A stretch of 64,000 nt of DNA from Mytilus edulis (taxonomy: Eukaryota), in the NCBI RefSeq assembly GCF_963676685.1, contig NC_092344.1:83328001-83392000 (forward strand), written 5' to 3'. Under the pieces are notes generated by a model. It searched no databases. It was not told the DNA's origin and was given only the letters and a program-made list of their open reading frames with translations. This document shows positions 12,626 through 25,900 of this stretch, in pieces. The position numbers were made by a program, and so were the translations under genes. Each line of letters opens with the position of its first letter. The first letter of the stretch is position 1.

Positions 12626-14954
12626 ATTTTAGATGTAAAATATACGAGTTTAGATTTGTTTTGTGATGAGAGATACTGTCAATATTAAAGACATCATGAT
12701 CTTTGTTGGAAATGAAAGCTTTATATCTAGTCACGTTTCCACTTGCATTTATAAATATGTTCATGTATATATGTGTATTAATTTATAATTTTATATGAAT
12801 GCCAACAGATGTAAAACGTCTTGATGAACAATACCGGTATTGAAAGAGATGTCTGGTATTTTAAAGTTATAGTTCAACTTGTCAAAGTTGTATCATGCCA
12901 ATCTATTGGAAAAATAATATTTACTGTACATCGACCATGTCTATCACTTAACAACATACCACTATTTTATTTTTACGCTTTTGTTCTTTATCACTGACGT
13001 TTACCCCTTTTCTCATATTATAAACATTACAAATTCATAATGAAACTAAAGATCTTAAATCATTTGTAGATCATAATTTGCTGATCCGTTTAGCTTTTTG
13101 AAGTTTCTATCTGTGTATTTCATTTTCCCAGATAATAGGTTAAAAACGCGAAAAATGGTAAAACTTTTCAATGCAGGGCAGATAACTTCAATCAGGCTTC
13201 AACAAACTATATCTGGTCATGGTAATCATTTCTTTCTTTACCTATATTAGTTTTCAAGATAATATGAGAAGTCCGGCGTCTGATATTTTTTATCTAAATG
13301 GGCTATGTGCAGATCTAAACATTTTTTCTCTTTATATAGTGGTTTTCAAGAAACTAGACAAAACTTGCATTTTATCCATTTGTTTCTTTTTTTCAGCTGT
13401 TGGTCGACAGACGGGATTATCGAACCTAACTAGATACATCAATGCTCATGTGGCCAAGTTTGGTTTCGGATGAGTAAACCAAAAGGGAATACAGGATCAC
13501 TAAAAGGAAGTCACTGTCTTGTTTGTGACACTCACATTTGTGTTGACGTCTTTTCTATTATATTTATGTGTTATGGAAAGAAAAATTAATCACCGCCTTC
13601 ATTTATTACATTTAATTTTGTTCAACGTAATCTGTACGATAATTTACGTTTAAAGTTGAATTCATAACAAACTGGACATATATATAATATAGTTAATTGC
13701 TATTAATAAGTATTGCAATATGCATTATGTTTAAATGTAATATCAGTATTTAGTTCTATTATAATCTTAAATCAATCCTAATTCTATCTTACTTTTGAGA
13801 TATAGTTTTTCATATGTGACGTCATTTTTGGGCTGTTTCAGAAATTTCATAAATTCAAATGTGACGTAATTTTTGTGCCTTTTCACCATCGAATGTGACG
13901 TCATTTTTATGATTTATTGCGTTGAGGCCTGGGCTGAGTCGGGTGTGTCTATTCTGTGTTGGTTTTGCATTATGTATTCGGGTTTTGTTTTCTGTAATTA
14001 GTTAATACTTCAATTTCACTATGTATATCTTTTATGTCTTTTATATTCATTTGATAAAATTTACTGTTTGCAATAGCATTAATTGTTCTAAATAATAAGG
14101 ATGTTCTTATCCCAAGCATTAAAACATAGCCGCATTTGACACAACCTTTTTCAACTTTTGATCTTCAGTGCTGTACAACTTTGTACTTTTTTCACTTTCG
14201 ATCTTTTATATCTGGGCGTCACTGGTGAGTCTTGTGTGGACAAGGCGCGTTTTTGGCGTATTGAATTTTAAACCTGATGCTTTTTGTTATCTTTTAATCA
14301 TGTGTTTCTTTGTCTAATACGTTCTCCTATTTATTTGTATTGTAGTCCGGTATTATTATGTTGTCATTTCAATGTTATATTTAACATTGCCATTAAAGTG
14401 CGAGGTTTGGCATGCCACAAAACCAGGTTCAACCCACCATTTTTTCCTTTAAAAATGTCCTGTACCAAGTCAGGAATATGGCCATTGTTATATTATTGTT
14501 CGTTTCTGTGTGTGTTACATTTTAACGTTGCGTCGTTTGTTTTCTCTTATTTTTGAGTGTTAATTCACATTGCGATAAGACGTGCCACGGTACTTGTCTA
14601 TCCCAAATTCATGTATTTGGTTTTGATGTTATATTTGTTATTCTCGTGGGATTTTGTCTGATGCTTGGTCCGTTTCTGTGTGTGTTACATTTTAGTGTTG
14701 TGTCGTTTTTCTCCTCTTATATTTAATGCATTTCCCTCGGTTTTAGTTTGTTACCCCGATTTTGTTTTTTGTCCATGGATTTATGAGTTTTGAACAGCGG
14801 TATATTACTGTTGCCTTTATTTTTATTCATCATATTTTTTTTTGTATCTTCACATCAATAGCATTGTGTTGGGGGAAAAGTTTAAAAACAATCCCCAATA
14901 TAAACTCTACGTTACAACGTATAAAGTCTGATCTTTGAAGCTTTTTGTCTTTCA

Positions 14955-15833
14955 TTATAAGATAGAACACCATCCATCCGATTGTTGGCGCTTCATATCA
15001 TTACGAATGTTTTCTATTTCATTCATAATTTTATTCTCTCTTTGTTGATATTCCTTCCGCAACTCTGCATCTGTTTCGTTTCGTATTCTTTGTTGCAATG
15101 CAAGCCTTTCTCGCTCTTTTTTTGCCTTCTCTTCTGCAATTTTATCCTGGAGAATTTTCTCTGCCTTCCTGTAATCATCATTGGTATAATGAGATCCTCC
15201 ATTATCCTTGACCATTCTCTCAATAAGATTTAGTAACCTTTTGACTTGTTCATCCGCTTCATTGCCTTTTAGTGTATTATCAAATGCAATGTATCGATTG
15301 TTACATTTTTTAAGAAAATTCCTTGGACATTCTGTCAGATCGTTTATAAATTCGTCAATATTTTCGACATCGTGATCTATATCTTCCCTGTCACGTTTCC
15401 AGTCATCGAGCCTAGTAAACAGGACTATAACATACCGCACCAATGTTTCACCGAAATGTTCTACAAAGTGATTGACAGTAGCAACATCTTCTTTAGTAAA
15501 CCGCCCAATTGGCACACATAAGATGAAGGCATGGGGACCCGGCGTTGTTAGAGAAATAAAACCTTCTATTGCACGTTGAGTGTCATCATTTTCTTTCCCT
15601 GTATCAAATACTCCTGGCGTATCCACAATGTTTAAAGTTCTTCCAAATCTCTTCGCCTCCCCTAAATCGCATATTTTTGTCAATGACTGACTACTGCATG
15701 CGAATTTAAATTCTTTCTTTCCTAAAATTGTGTTTCCTGTTTTGCTTTTTCCATTACCTGTCTTTCCAAGTAAAACTATACGCATTTCATCTTTTGGTGA
15801 TAAGTGCACGTTTTCAAAAGGTAGATGTGCCAT
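14955..15833 (-). CDS. GIMAP/AIG1-family GTPase (GTPase IMAP family member-like), 292 aa, C-terminal CaaX CSIL
   Basis: G1 GKTGNGKS, G2 SLT, G3 DTPG, PGPHA box, G4 TRLD and FDN, followed by a coiled-coil tail. A splice acceptor (tttcag at 15851) lies just upstream of the ATG at 15833, so the 68-aa N-terminal extension of the called ORF is mostly intronic. Confidence 0.93.
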   Translation of the reverse strand: MAHLPFENVHLSPKDEMRIVLLGKTGNGKSKTGNTILGKKEFKFACSSQSLTKICDLGEAKRFGRTLNIVDTPGVFDTGKENDDTQRAIEGFISLTTPGPHAFILCVPIGRFTKEDVATVNHFVEHFGETLVRYVIVLFTRLDDWKRDREDIDHDVENIDEFINDLTECPRNFLKKCNNRYIAFDNTLKGNEADEQVKRLLNLIERMVKDNGGSHYTNDDYRKAEKILQDKIAEEKAKKERERLALQQRIRNETDAELRKEYQQRENKIMNEIENIRNDMKRQQSDGWCSIL

Positions 15834-16072
15834 TTTAAATATCTCTATATCTGAAATGGAATATAAAGAAATAAGAAATAATGTAACAACTAGATAATTT
15901 GCAGAAATGGTACCATAGATATAAACATAAGGAGCTGTGGCATGACTTCCAATTAAACAACTGTCCACAATAGGATGTAGACAACTATATAACACCATAC
16001 GATCAGTCTTCAACAATAAGTAAAACCCATACCTCATATTAACCTTTAAAAGAACCCGTTGTGATAAATGTG

Positions 16073-16837
16073 ATTATCATATACTTAGACTAAATAAAAT
16101 ATAAATTTTACCGTATGATAATAGCCTTAAATTGACGTAAATTCCATATTTTTCGAATTGGTGCTTAGCGGGCTGATATGAAAAGTTTATCACATGCTTT
16201 GATTGTTATCACATGCCTTTCCGTAACGTTATCACATGGCATTCCGGTAATACTCGGTCAATTAAAAAAATACACCTCAATGCTACGTTTTCAGTGAAAA
16301 ACATTAGAAAGTAGTGTACAAAACAATTACTTGAATACTGGAAAGTATATAGATTAAAAAAATAAAATAATAATAATAAATAATTAAAAAAAAACAACAA
16401 ACCTACTATTTAATAAATACATTTTTTTAAGTTTTTCTGAAACATTATTTAGAAAGTTTCTTTAAAAAGTTGATTTTTCCAAACAATGATCATTCTGTAT
16501 ATTGTTAAATTATTTTTTTGTCGATTCGTCCATATTATTTTTTTCTCTCTCTCTCTGTTGAGGCATATGATAGAAAGGTATCAATTTTTGGGTCCGACGG
16601 CCGTGAACTTTTTTACTCTTTAAACCTCGGGAACCACGTAAAAGGATCAATAAATGAATCTGTTATTTTTCTCTACTGTTGAAGCATATGACAAAAAGAT
16701 CATAACATGTCATTTTTCATATCGCATGTATTATCAGCCCTCGGTCAATATCAGCCCTCGAGCCATGCGGCTCTTGGGCTGATATTGAACCTAGGGCTGA
16801 TAATACATGCGATATGAAAAATGCCATGTAATAATCT
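16073..16837. mobile_element. Long-hairpin non-autonomous element
   Basis: About 140-bp near-perfect palindrome at 16697-16837 (catttttcatatcgcatgtattatcagccct ... agggctgataatacatgcgatatgaaaaatg) with a GC-rich loop. The left boundary is uncertain. Confidence 0.6.
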
Positions 16838-17059
16838 GATAATATCCCAAACGATAAATCTTATTGCATAATAAGAATTTATGCTGAGACTACAACCACT
16901 GAAGTACAGCTTCAGGATTGGGTCTAAAAATAAGATCAAACTACCAAAATTAAATGGGAAAGGTTCGACTCATCAAATGAGCACAAAGGACACACAAAAA
17001 ACTAAAAAAATATAAAAATCTCATGATGCAGATCTGAATCTACTCGCATCTACGAGAAA

Positions 17060-17290
17060 AGACGGGCGAAAGAGACCAGATGGTCATTCAAACTAATACA
17101 TCGAAAATAAACTGACAACACCACGGCTAAAAAAAAGAAAAGACAAACAGACAAACAATCAGTTCACAAAACACAACGTAGAACACTAAAGACTAAGCAA
17201 CACGAACCCCACCAAAACTATGAGTGATCTTAGGTGCTCCGGAAGGGTAAGCAGATTATGCTCCACATGTGGCAGCCGTCGTGTTGCTCG
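17060..17290 (+). repeat. Dispersed repeat family (gacaaacagacaaacaa...ggtgctccggaagggtaagcag); relatives at 25697-25862, 33135-33310 (-) and 54035-54245
   Basis: Shared motifs among four loci in the window. Confidence 0.75.
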
Positions 17291-19549
17291 TGAAAGTACA
17301 AACTTGGAAGTGATTTCAAGCCAATAGTTTCAACTCTTTTAAATCATGTTTCAAAGATAAAAATTTTAATCAGTCAAAATCAGAATTGTATGCTTAATTC
17401 ATTCACAGCCTTTATAAATAGACTCAGTGCGATCTCGAGAGTGCGATATAGATCTGGGCATACCGTTATGGTTTTTATACAGTCAGGTTTAAACATTCGT
17501 AATTAATATTTTATAATAACCTTATATATATAATGATGGAGCTAAAAATGATACCATAATTCACAAATTCAACGTCAAATCAACTGTTTGCAGTAAAAAG
17601 TATTTTGCATTAAAACCAAAATATATTTTCGTTAATAAAAAGACTTACCTCTGTATAATACGTTTTTTAAACTATTATTCAGGACTTTTTATACTCTCAG
17701 CCTAACTTTATACTTCTATAGACCTGGATTAAAGTATAAACAAACTGCATTTAAATATCAAATGTAGTTGGAATTTGCATTCGTATTTTTAACCAGTGAT
17801 TTAGAAATGCTATATTTAAACTTTTTATTTTTAGCCAAATTGGAAAAAAAAAAAATTTGCTAAAAATAACATATTGATTTTTCCATGTCTGATTTTAGGC
17901 AATACATTTTCCAAAAGTCTCCACGTTATAGCTCTTTAACACTTTCGGTCTTTCAAAGTTTGTACATCCTTGGCTTTCAAATATTCATAAAAACAATTGA
18001 TTTTATCTTTTTGCGAATACCATTATATTAATTACAACTATGTAATTTGTCAAGCAGTTCTTTAAAAAACGAATATCCAGGATTCTTTTATAGCAAAAAG
18101 TTAATTAACAAACATACCGATTTCAAAGGAAAATTCAAAACGGAAAGTTCTTAAGCAAGTGGCAAAATCAAAAGCTCAAACTCATCAAACGAATTGTAAA
18201 CAACTGTTGTATTCATCTTCCCGAAGTTAAAATCTTTCGGATGCATGAAATTTATAATGTGTTCTTTTCTCTTTTTTTTACAGCTGTGGGTCGATAACCT
18301 GCCGGTGGACGGGTTATCGGTACCCGAGGGATTAATCAGCTCAGCAGTCAGTACTTTGACTTCAGTATTCACATTATGTTTAACAAAACTTTTCAAAATT
18401 GTCCGTTAATAAATTTTGAAATTATAAAGAAATAAAGGTTTCAACTCCTTAGGCTAAATTAATCTAAGAATGATTTCGGCATTTTTTCATGTCCTTTTTA
18501 GTCAAATAGTTCTTCAACTGTTTCAGTTATTATACATATTATTGACTTTCAAATGTTTGGTTTAAAACCTCCCAGATGAAAGTAAATACAGAAATTAAGC
18601 GCTTCGAACACAAGATTTATACCGTGTTCTTTTTATTATTTGCTGATTATACATGTATGTTCGGTAACGTTATAGGAAAAAATGTTATTTGTATTGTGTG
18701 CACATTCATTTTCATTTAATTCAAAAATGTGCATGGTTTCTTTTGCCAACGAAAAACAGACACTGTCATTGCATATACACCCGAGTTCAGTGTGTTTAGA
18801 TTTTGAGGTGTTGTATGATGTATCAAACACAGGTTATATACTACAGTGTCCCTAATTCTATACATATTTTTTTCTCTCAATTGTGATCTTTTGATATTGA
18901 AAAGTCGGCTTGTCAATAATCAATATCAGAGTGTCTAAACATAAGAAATAGTGAACTTATATGATACATCAATATGTAACTTTTCATTATAGCATGGTTT
19001 GTTATCATGGAACCTTTCATTAGATACCATGTCATTTAGTATAGTTATATGTAATGCTATAGGTCTTAACCATTTATTGTTTAATGAGTTTGTGCCAATA
19101 AAATTATTTGTATTTTTGTATTGTATTTCATGCAAAAAATAGTGTTTTTTATACATGCTAAAAATATTACAATGAATGTATATAAAAAATTTTTTTGTAG
19201 TATTACCACTTGATATATAAAAAAAAAAGGCCATTCTTTTGATTTTAATATCTTGTTTTTATATTTGTCATACGAAATATGTAAATATCTATTGGTTATC
19301 TTTCGGCTGTTTTCTGTCCTTTGGTCGGATGTTGTCTCTTTGACACATTCCCCATTTCCATTCTCAATTTTGTATGAAACGATTTTCTTGTTAATATTAT
19401 TTTATTAGGATGATTGAATCAATGCCTGCATATAAACTTTCAAAGTGAAATAGCAAAAATACCAAACTCCGAGAAATATTCAAAACGAAAAGTCTGTAGT
19501 CATGTGGCAAAATCAAAAGCACAAACACGTCTTGTATGCTCCATTTTTT

Positions 19550-20207
19550 TAAAACTTTATAGTAACGATGAGCAACATTGGTAGATGCGTAATTTGGCGT
19601 TGGAATTTCAAAAATGTCTGTCGTTACCATGGAAACAATGCATAAGTGTAAAAATGCTCTAAAACTTTAGGGTTTGGTGAATAATTTTGGTATGCTTTAA
19701 CTTAAAATCATCAACCTTTTACACAATATAGATGTCCACTAAAAACAGGGTCTGAATGATTTTGACAATCATTAGAACTTTTCTGTTACAATGGATACAG
19801 GAGCAAAAATTCCAAAAAATTCATAATGCTTCAAACTTAATGAAACTTGATGTGATTGTTGACAGGCAAGTCTAGAACAGACTTTTGAAATTGGAATTTC
19901 CAAAATGGCCACCTTTGCCATGGAAACTGCAAAAATATCAAAAACTTTCAAATGCTTTGAACATAATGAAACTTGATATTATTGTTAACTGGCATGTATA
20001 AATGAGACTTTTGACTTTGAAATTGTCAAAATGGCTCCTGTTGCCATGGAAACCACAAAAATGTAATAATTTTTAAAATGCTCTGAATGTATTGAAAATT
20101 TACAGAAAGATCTATAGACATGCAAATATGTGCATTCACTGTTTAAAATTTTTGAAATGGCTGCCGCTTAGTGACATTCGCTATTGCTTGTAATGGCAAT
20201 TCTAGTT
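19550..20207. repeat. Degenerate internal tandem repeats of about 125-160 bp, probably a Helentron-associated (HINE-like) element
   Basis: Recurring ggaatttc.aaaatgg...gttgccatggaaac units at about 19602, 19780, 19893 and 20019. Confidence 0.55.
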
Positions 20208-21267
20208 ACTATTTACCTTTCAATGTACATTCTTGCATCACGATTTTGAAAATATTAACTTAAAGGATTTTCTTTAAAAAGAAAATTCGCGTACACTTGT
20301 GATATAGTAAAACTTAGCCAAACATATTGACTTTATAGAAATAATCTCTCAAAAATCAACCTGTACTATGATGTTGATATCTATATAAGTTATATCGTAC
20401 AAATATTTAATGTACTAAATATATCAGTAAACTTGATGTTTGATAAGGAAAAGGTTGAAACGACGGTAGTAATTGCCTATCTTTTTACCTTTCGACATAT
20501 GAAAATATTGAAATATGATGAAGAAAAGTCATAAATTTTATCTCGTTTGAGACAGACCTATATCTGTTACGAATCGCTAGCATTTCATAATAATACCAGT
20601 TTCATAATAATATTACAGAATCATACAATGTAATTTTCCATATTCTATAAATAGACACTTTGCATTCCATTTAAAATAAATATTATTGGAATGAAAATCC
20701 CACAGAGCGTCAGTATATATCCAGACCTTAAATACTAACTTGGATATTTAAACACGTTGACTTCACGGAGGTGTTAAACTATACTGTAGGTATGTTTTTA
20801 TATGTTAAATAATTATATAAAAAATACTCCTGCTATAAGATATCGGATCATTATGGTTAGGTTTTAAATGGCAAACAATATATATTCAATACATGCAGAA
20901 TAAATTTGCAATGTTTCCTTATTTAAATTCTCGCTACGTTTCTTCAAGCTATCTAAAATGTATAATGCGCATCTTTCACCGTGTTTTATTTTTAATTAAT
21001 TATTATTATGGAATTGTTTGCTTATACAATATTAGTTCTGCAGACCCCAGCAGGACTAAACAAATACTACTACTAGTTGTATATAGTCGTTAGCTTGTAA
21101 AAGTACATCTTCGCTTTCAAAGGGTCACTATCAAGGGACTTCATCGTCAACTTTGACTAGTAAATATGGTAGAAGTAACACAACAAAACCATATACGTAT
21201 GTGAGGGGTAAATATTGGTTATTTCACTGTATGGAGTGAGATACTTGCTTTTTTCCAGAATATATGT

Positions 21268-21656
21268 ATAGATTATATATTAACATGCCCTTTTCCATAT
21301 TGGCCCTGGTTTCATCCCGAGACTCCAATATCGGCCTTGAGGCTTTAGCCGAGCACCGATATAGGTTGAGGAATGATACCAGGGCCAATATGGAAAAGAC
21401 ATGTTATAATCTATTTATCACATAATTAGGTTCTGCAGAGAAGAGGGGAAAACATCCAAATATAATAATTTAATGAAGCATCACAGGTTAAAAACTTAAA
21501 AACATTTTATCACAAAAGTGTCGTTAAGGACGCAATGATGTCACGTCATTTAGAATCAGGGCACAATAACCAATAACCTCTTTTTTGTCCCGGGCAATTT
21601 TGAGGTTATTGCATATTCAAAACCCCAACGTATTCGTTACAAATATGTGATAAATA
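21268..21656. mobile_element. Long-hairpin non-autonomous element (A-A'-B...B' architecture)
   Basis: Hairpin at 21268-21414 (ttttccatattggccctggt / accagggccaatatggaaaa) plus a second inverted pair tatttatcacata (21412-21424) / tatgtgataaata (21644-21656). Confidence 0.7.
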
Positions 21657-21746
21657 CAATTTATTGAAACAACAGGCTTGTAGAGTTAAGAAACTTTGTG
21701 ATGAGCTACATGTTTCACCTATGATTTTAACGTATACCACATGTAA

Positions 21747-21903
21747 GGCCACAATTAAAAATATTTCAGTTTACCCAAGCCCGACCCATGATGGGTCCGA
21801 AAAATCCGAAAAAAAATCTTAAAACAAACGTAAAAAAAAGAGTCGTCGGGTTTATTTTGGGTCGTTCGCGTTTGGGCAAACATACAATCTTTTTATTTTG
21901 GCC
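21747..21903. mobile_element. Tourist/PIF-Harbinger-like MITE (157 bp)
   Basis: TIR ggccacaattaaaa / ttttattttggcc, flanked by TAA on both sides. Confidence 0.65.
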
Positions 21904-22019
21904 TAAGGCATTTTCGCATTTATTCGTGGCGCACAGTAAATTAAAAATAGAAAAAGAAAACAATCGTGCTACATATACTCCTTTAAAAAAAACCACTAAC
22001 AATAAAACGGTCTGATAAA

Positions 22020-22051
<32 letters not shown>

Positions 22052-22129
22052 TGATCAGAATTGTAGACGAATAATTTACCCCACATTGCAAAAATAATTA
22101 TATATAATTTTTTATGTTTAAACAGGAAA

Positions 22130-22993
22130 ATGACAAATTTCAGTAAATTCAGATTGGTTCTGATAGGCAAAACAGGAAATGGAAAAAGCAAAACTGGAAA
22201 TACTGTAATAGGTCAACAATTGTTCAACTCAAAATGTCAAAGCGGTTCTGTCACAATAAAATGTCAGAAAGAAAACACTTATAGATTTGGAAAAGAAATC
22301 AGCATAGTTGACACACCAGGACTATTCGATACCAGAACAGATAATGCGAATGTACTTTCCGAAATTAAAAATTGCATATCTCTTACTCTACCAGGGCCGC
22401 ATGCGATTATATTATGTGTTCCTATAACTCGGTTTACACAAGAAGACATACAAACTGTTGACTTTTTCATCAAACATTTTGGAAAGCAGTTGATGAAATA
22501 TGTCATCGTACTATTTACGCATTTTGATGACTGGAAACGCGACAACGAAGATGATCCACAAGCATGTCAAAGTATAAATGGATTTATCAGCTCGTTGTCA
22601 ACTGAACTGAAGTCATTCCTTGTACAATGTAATAACCGATACATCGCCTTTGACAATACTCTCAAAGGGCCCTCTGCAGATCAACAAGTAAAGGATCTGA
22701 TTGCTTTAGTCGAACGCACTGTAAGGGAAAACGGAGGAACTCAATATACTAACTCCGATTATGAAAAGGCAGAAAAGAAATTGAAAGAAGAGGAAGAAAA
22801 CAGACGAAAACAAGAAGAAAGAGACAGACAAATGAGGGAAGAAAATATAAGAAGGAAAAGGGAAGAAGAATTGAAGCCTGAACTCGAAGTAACAATTCAA
22901 AATTTACAAGCTCAGAAACTTCAAGCTCAAGCACAAGCAGCTGATATGGCTTCCCCAGGATGTCGTCGCAGAAACGATTGTTCAATTCAATAG
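22130..22993 (+). CDS. GIMAP/AIG1-family GTPase, 287 aa, C-terminal CaaX CSIQ
   Basis: GKTGNGKS, SVT, DTPG, PGPHA, THFD and FDN motifs with an E/R/K-rich coiled coil. Acceptor aacag ends at 22125, just before the ATG. Confidence 0.93.
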   Translation: MTNFSKFRLVLIGKTGNGKSKTGNTVIGQQLFNSKCQSGSVTIKCQKENTYRFGKEISIVDTPGLFDTRTDNANVLSEIKNCISLTLPGPHAIILCVPITRFTQEDIQTVDFFIKHFGKQLMKYVIVLFTHFDDWKRDNEDDPQACQSINGFISSLSTELKSFLVQCNNRYIAFDNTLKGPSADQQVKDLIALVERTVRENGGTQYTNSDYEKAEKKLKEEEENRRKQEERDRQMREENIRRKREEELKPELEVTIQNLQAQKLQAQAQAADMASPGCRRRNDCSIQ

Positions 22994-25900
22994 ATCTATC
23001 TAAATATTGCTAGCACAATTAGAATGAATAAAACTCTATATTTGTAAACAACAGAATACAGATGTATAATTAAAAAAATTAGAAAACGCATACTTGTAAG
23101 AAAAATCAGTTTATTTTACTCAATTTTCATTTAGAAGATGTCTTGCTAAACATTTTTTAGTAGTATGTGTCATGAAAATATTATGGTGACACATTTTGAG
23201 AACATGTTTTAGTAAAATGGTTAATCGTAATTTTTCTTATTTATCATTTCATGATTATAGAGAATAAAGGTAAGGAATAATAAGAGACTTAATCCTGAAA
23301 TAATCAAAGCTGCAAAAACCGCTTTCGATTTTTCCTTGTGATATAGTTAAACAAAATATGGATTAATAACTGATTTTTTTTTGTAATTGGAGTCTTTGAC
23401 AGATTTATTCATATGTTTGTTCGAATATTCAAATCATCTGTGTCTTTTTACACACTTTCAAATTATTGTCACGTTGACAAATTATGTCTTTTTGTGCTGC
23501 TAACCAAATTCTGCCAATATACAAGTTGGAGTTTTAGACACCAATATAACAAGGTATCACCCAACATTTTATTAAGAAAAAGACTGCACAAAGTCAGGAA
23601 TATGCCAGTTCTTTTCCATTCGTTCCGTTGTTTGATTTAGTTGAACGTTTGATTTGGTAGGACTTTCCGTTTTTCTAATTAACCTTGCAAAATTGGAGTT
23701 CGGTTTATTTTTGGTAAAACATCTTTAAAAGCTCAGATGTTTCACTTCGTCATTTAATAAGCTGTAGAAGATTAAGGTTTTTGAATTTAAACTTTGTCAT
23801 ACAATGACAAAAAAATCTATTTTTTCACATTATATGCATGCATGTAAATGTTCCCCTCTTTAAAACATAAGTGCAAGATAAGGGACTTATTCGCCAAAAA
23901 AGAAATGAATACATACCAAAAGTTCATAAGTGAAACTTTAATGAGTCCTAGTTAGAATTTTTACAGTATAGAATTAAAATATGAAAAATCTCTGCCCTTA
24001 ATAGTCAGAGGAAAATCTCGTTTCCTATTAACATTTATAATTAAGGAGATGTGGTATGATTTCCGATGAGACAATTACCAACCAGAGTTCAAATGAAGTG
24101 GATATAAGCAATAAATAAAGGCAACAGTAGTATACCGCTGTTCAAAACTCATAAATCCAGGGACAAAAAACAAAATCGGGGTAACAAACTAAAACCGAGG
24201 GAAACGCATTAAATATAAGAGGAGAACAACGACATAACACCGAAACGTAACGTAACAATAATAGGCAATCGTATGACCTATCATTGATAAAAAAAAAATC
24301 CATACCATATAGTCAGCTATAAAAGACTCTGCAATGAAAAATGTTAAACCATTCAAATAAAAAGACAATCCGCAAAATTTATAACAAAACAATTTACTAC
24401 AGAATCTTGTCTGTGGACAGTCACAGGAAGAATATGGCGGGTTGAACATCTTTGTGAACGCTCACTCCTCTAACGTGGGACAGTGAGGTAACAGCAAAGT
24501 ATATGGAGAATTGTAAACATCAGTTGCAATTGGTTCAACTAAACATAACAGTACGAGGCACAACACAACTGACATAAAAATTATAGAAACAAAGCAGCAA
24601 AATACGAGAAATTGCAGCTAGTTCAAATGCTATTTCAACAAATACATAAATCTTGTTCTCTCAAGCTCAAATATGAATCAATATATATCAAACGGAATTA
24701 GTGCAAAAACGTCATAAACAGCCTGAGAAAAGCATAACCTTATGTGTTATGCCAATCTTTTTTTAACCAAATTTTGTATCTATAAAATAGTTTGGTTATG
24801 GTTTCAATTAATTTATGGTTACGAAATCCCTACCTTAATAATTCATCAGTTATAGATTAATCAAGTTCGCTGAAATTTTAAATGCGACTATAAAAGACGC
24901 TGGCATAGGGAACAAGTTGCGAAATATACACAACGTTCGTTACTATCGACTCCAACTTGACCTGCCAGTAGCCACTCTTGAAATCTAAAGTTGTAATGCA
25001 AGTAAACGCTATTCTTAGAGGCTAGTACGTAATCAAGCAGAGCTGAAGGAAAAGAAATGCGTGGGTGTACCTCATTGAGTTTTCTAAAGTCTACTCATAT
25101 CCTGTTTGAACTACTACTAAAGGTAATGACCATGTTGACCTTTCAATGGCACCATTTCATAGCATGTCTTCTCGTGCCCCATCGATCACTTTTCTTTTGC
25201 CCAATGGTAACGGATGTGACCTGTTTTTGTGGTGTGTTGTCAATTTGGGAAGTCCATAATCACATGGCAAAATCAAATAACAAAACACATTAAAAACGAA
25301 GGGACAAGAACTGTCATATTCCTGACTTGGTACATGCATTTTCAAATATAGAAAATGGTGGATTAAACCTGGTTTTATAGCGCTAACCCTCTCACTTTGA
25401 TAACAGTCTCGTCAAATTCCGTTATATTTACAATGATGCGTTAACTAAACAGTCACAATTAATAAAATAGTCAAAATATGGGTACAGCAGTCCAAAGTCA
25501 TAAATCGATTGAGCGAAATCAAATCCGGGTTACAAACTAAACAAATATTTTCATTACCCTTTGGATATACCCTGCATTACGATTATTTGACTGGATAACC
25601 ATTGGTTAGTTTCTTCACTATGTATCTTATTACATACCCTAGCTTATCTACATATCTTTGGTTTTGTAAACAAGATTTTTATTTTGGGATTTCATGAAGG
25701 AGGGATGAAAGATACAAGAGGGACAGTCAAACTCATAAATCGAAAATAAACAGACAACGCCTGGCTAAAAATGAAAAAGACAAACAGACAAACAGACAAA
25801 CAATAGAACGCATGACACAACATAGAACACAAAAGAATAAACAACACGAACCGCACCATAAACTTTCTCTCCCTCCATCCCCTTTCATCACCTTAAGTTT

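Noticed and set aside
15834-16037. 68-aa hydrophobic N-terminal extension of the first GIMAP
   Set aside because: It crosses a splice acceptor at 15851, derives partly from a dispersed repeat, and is absent from both paralogues.
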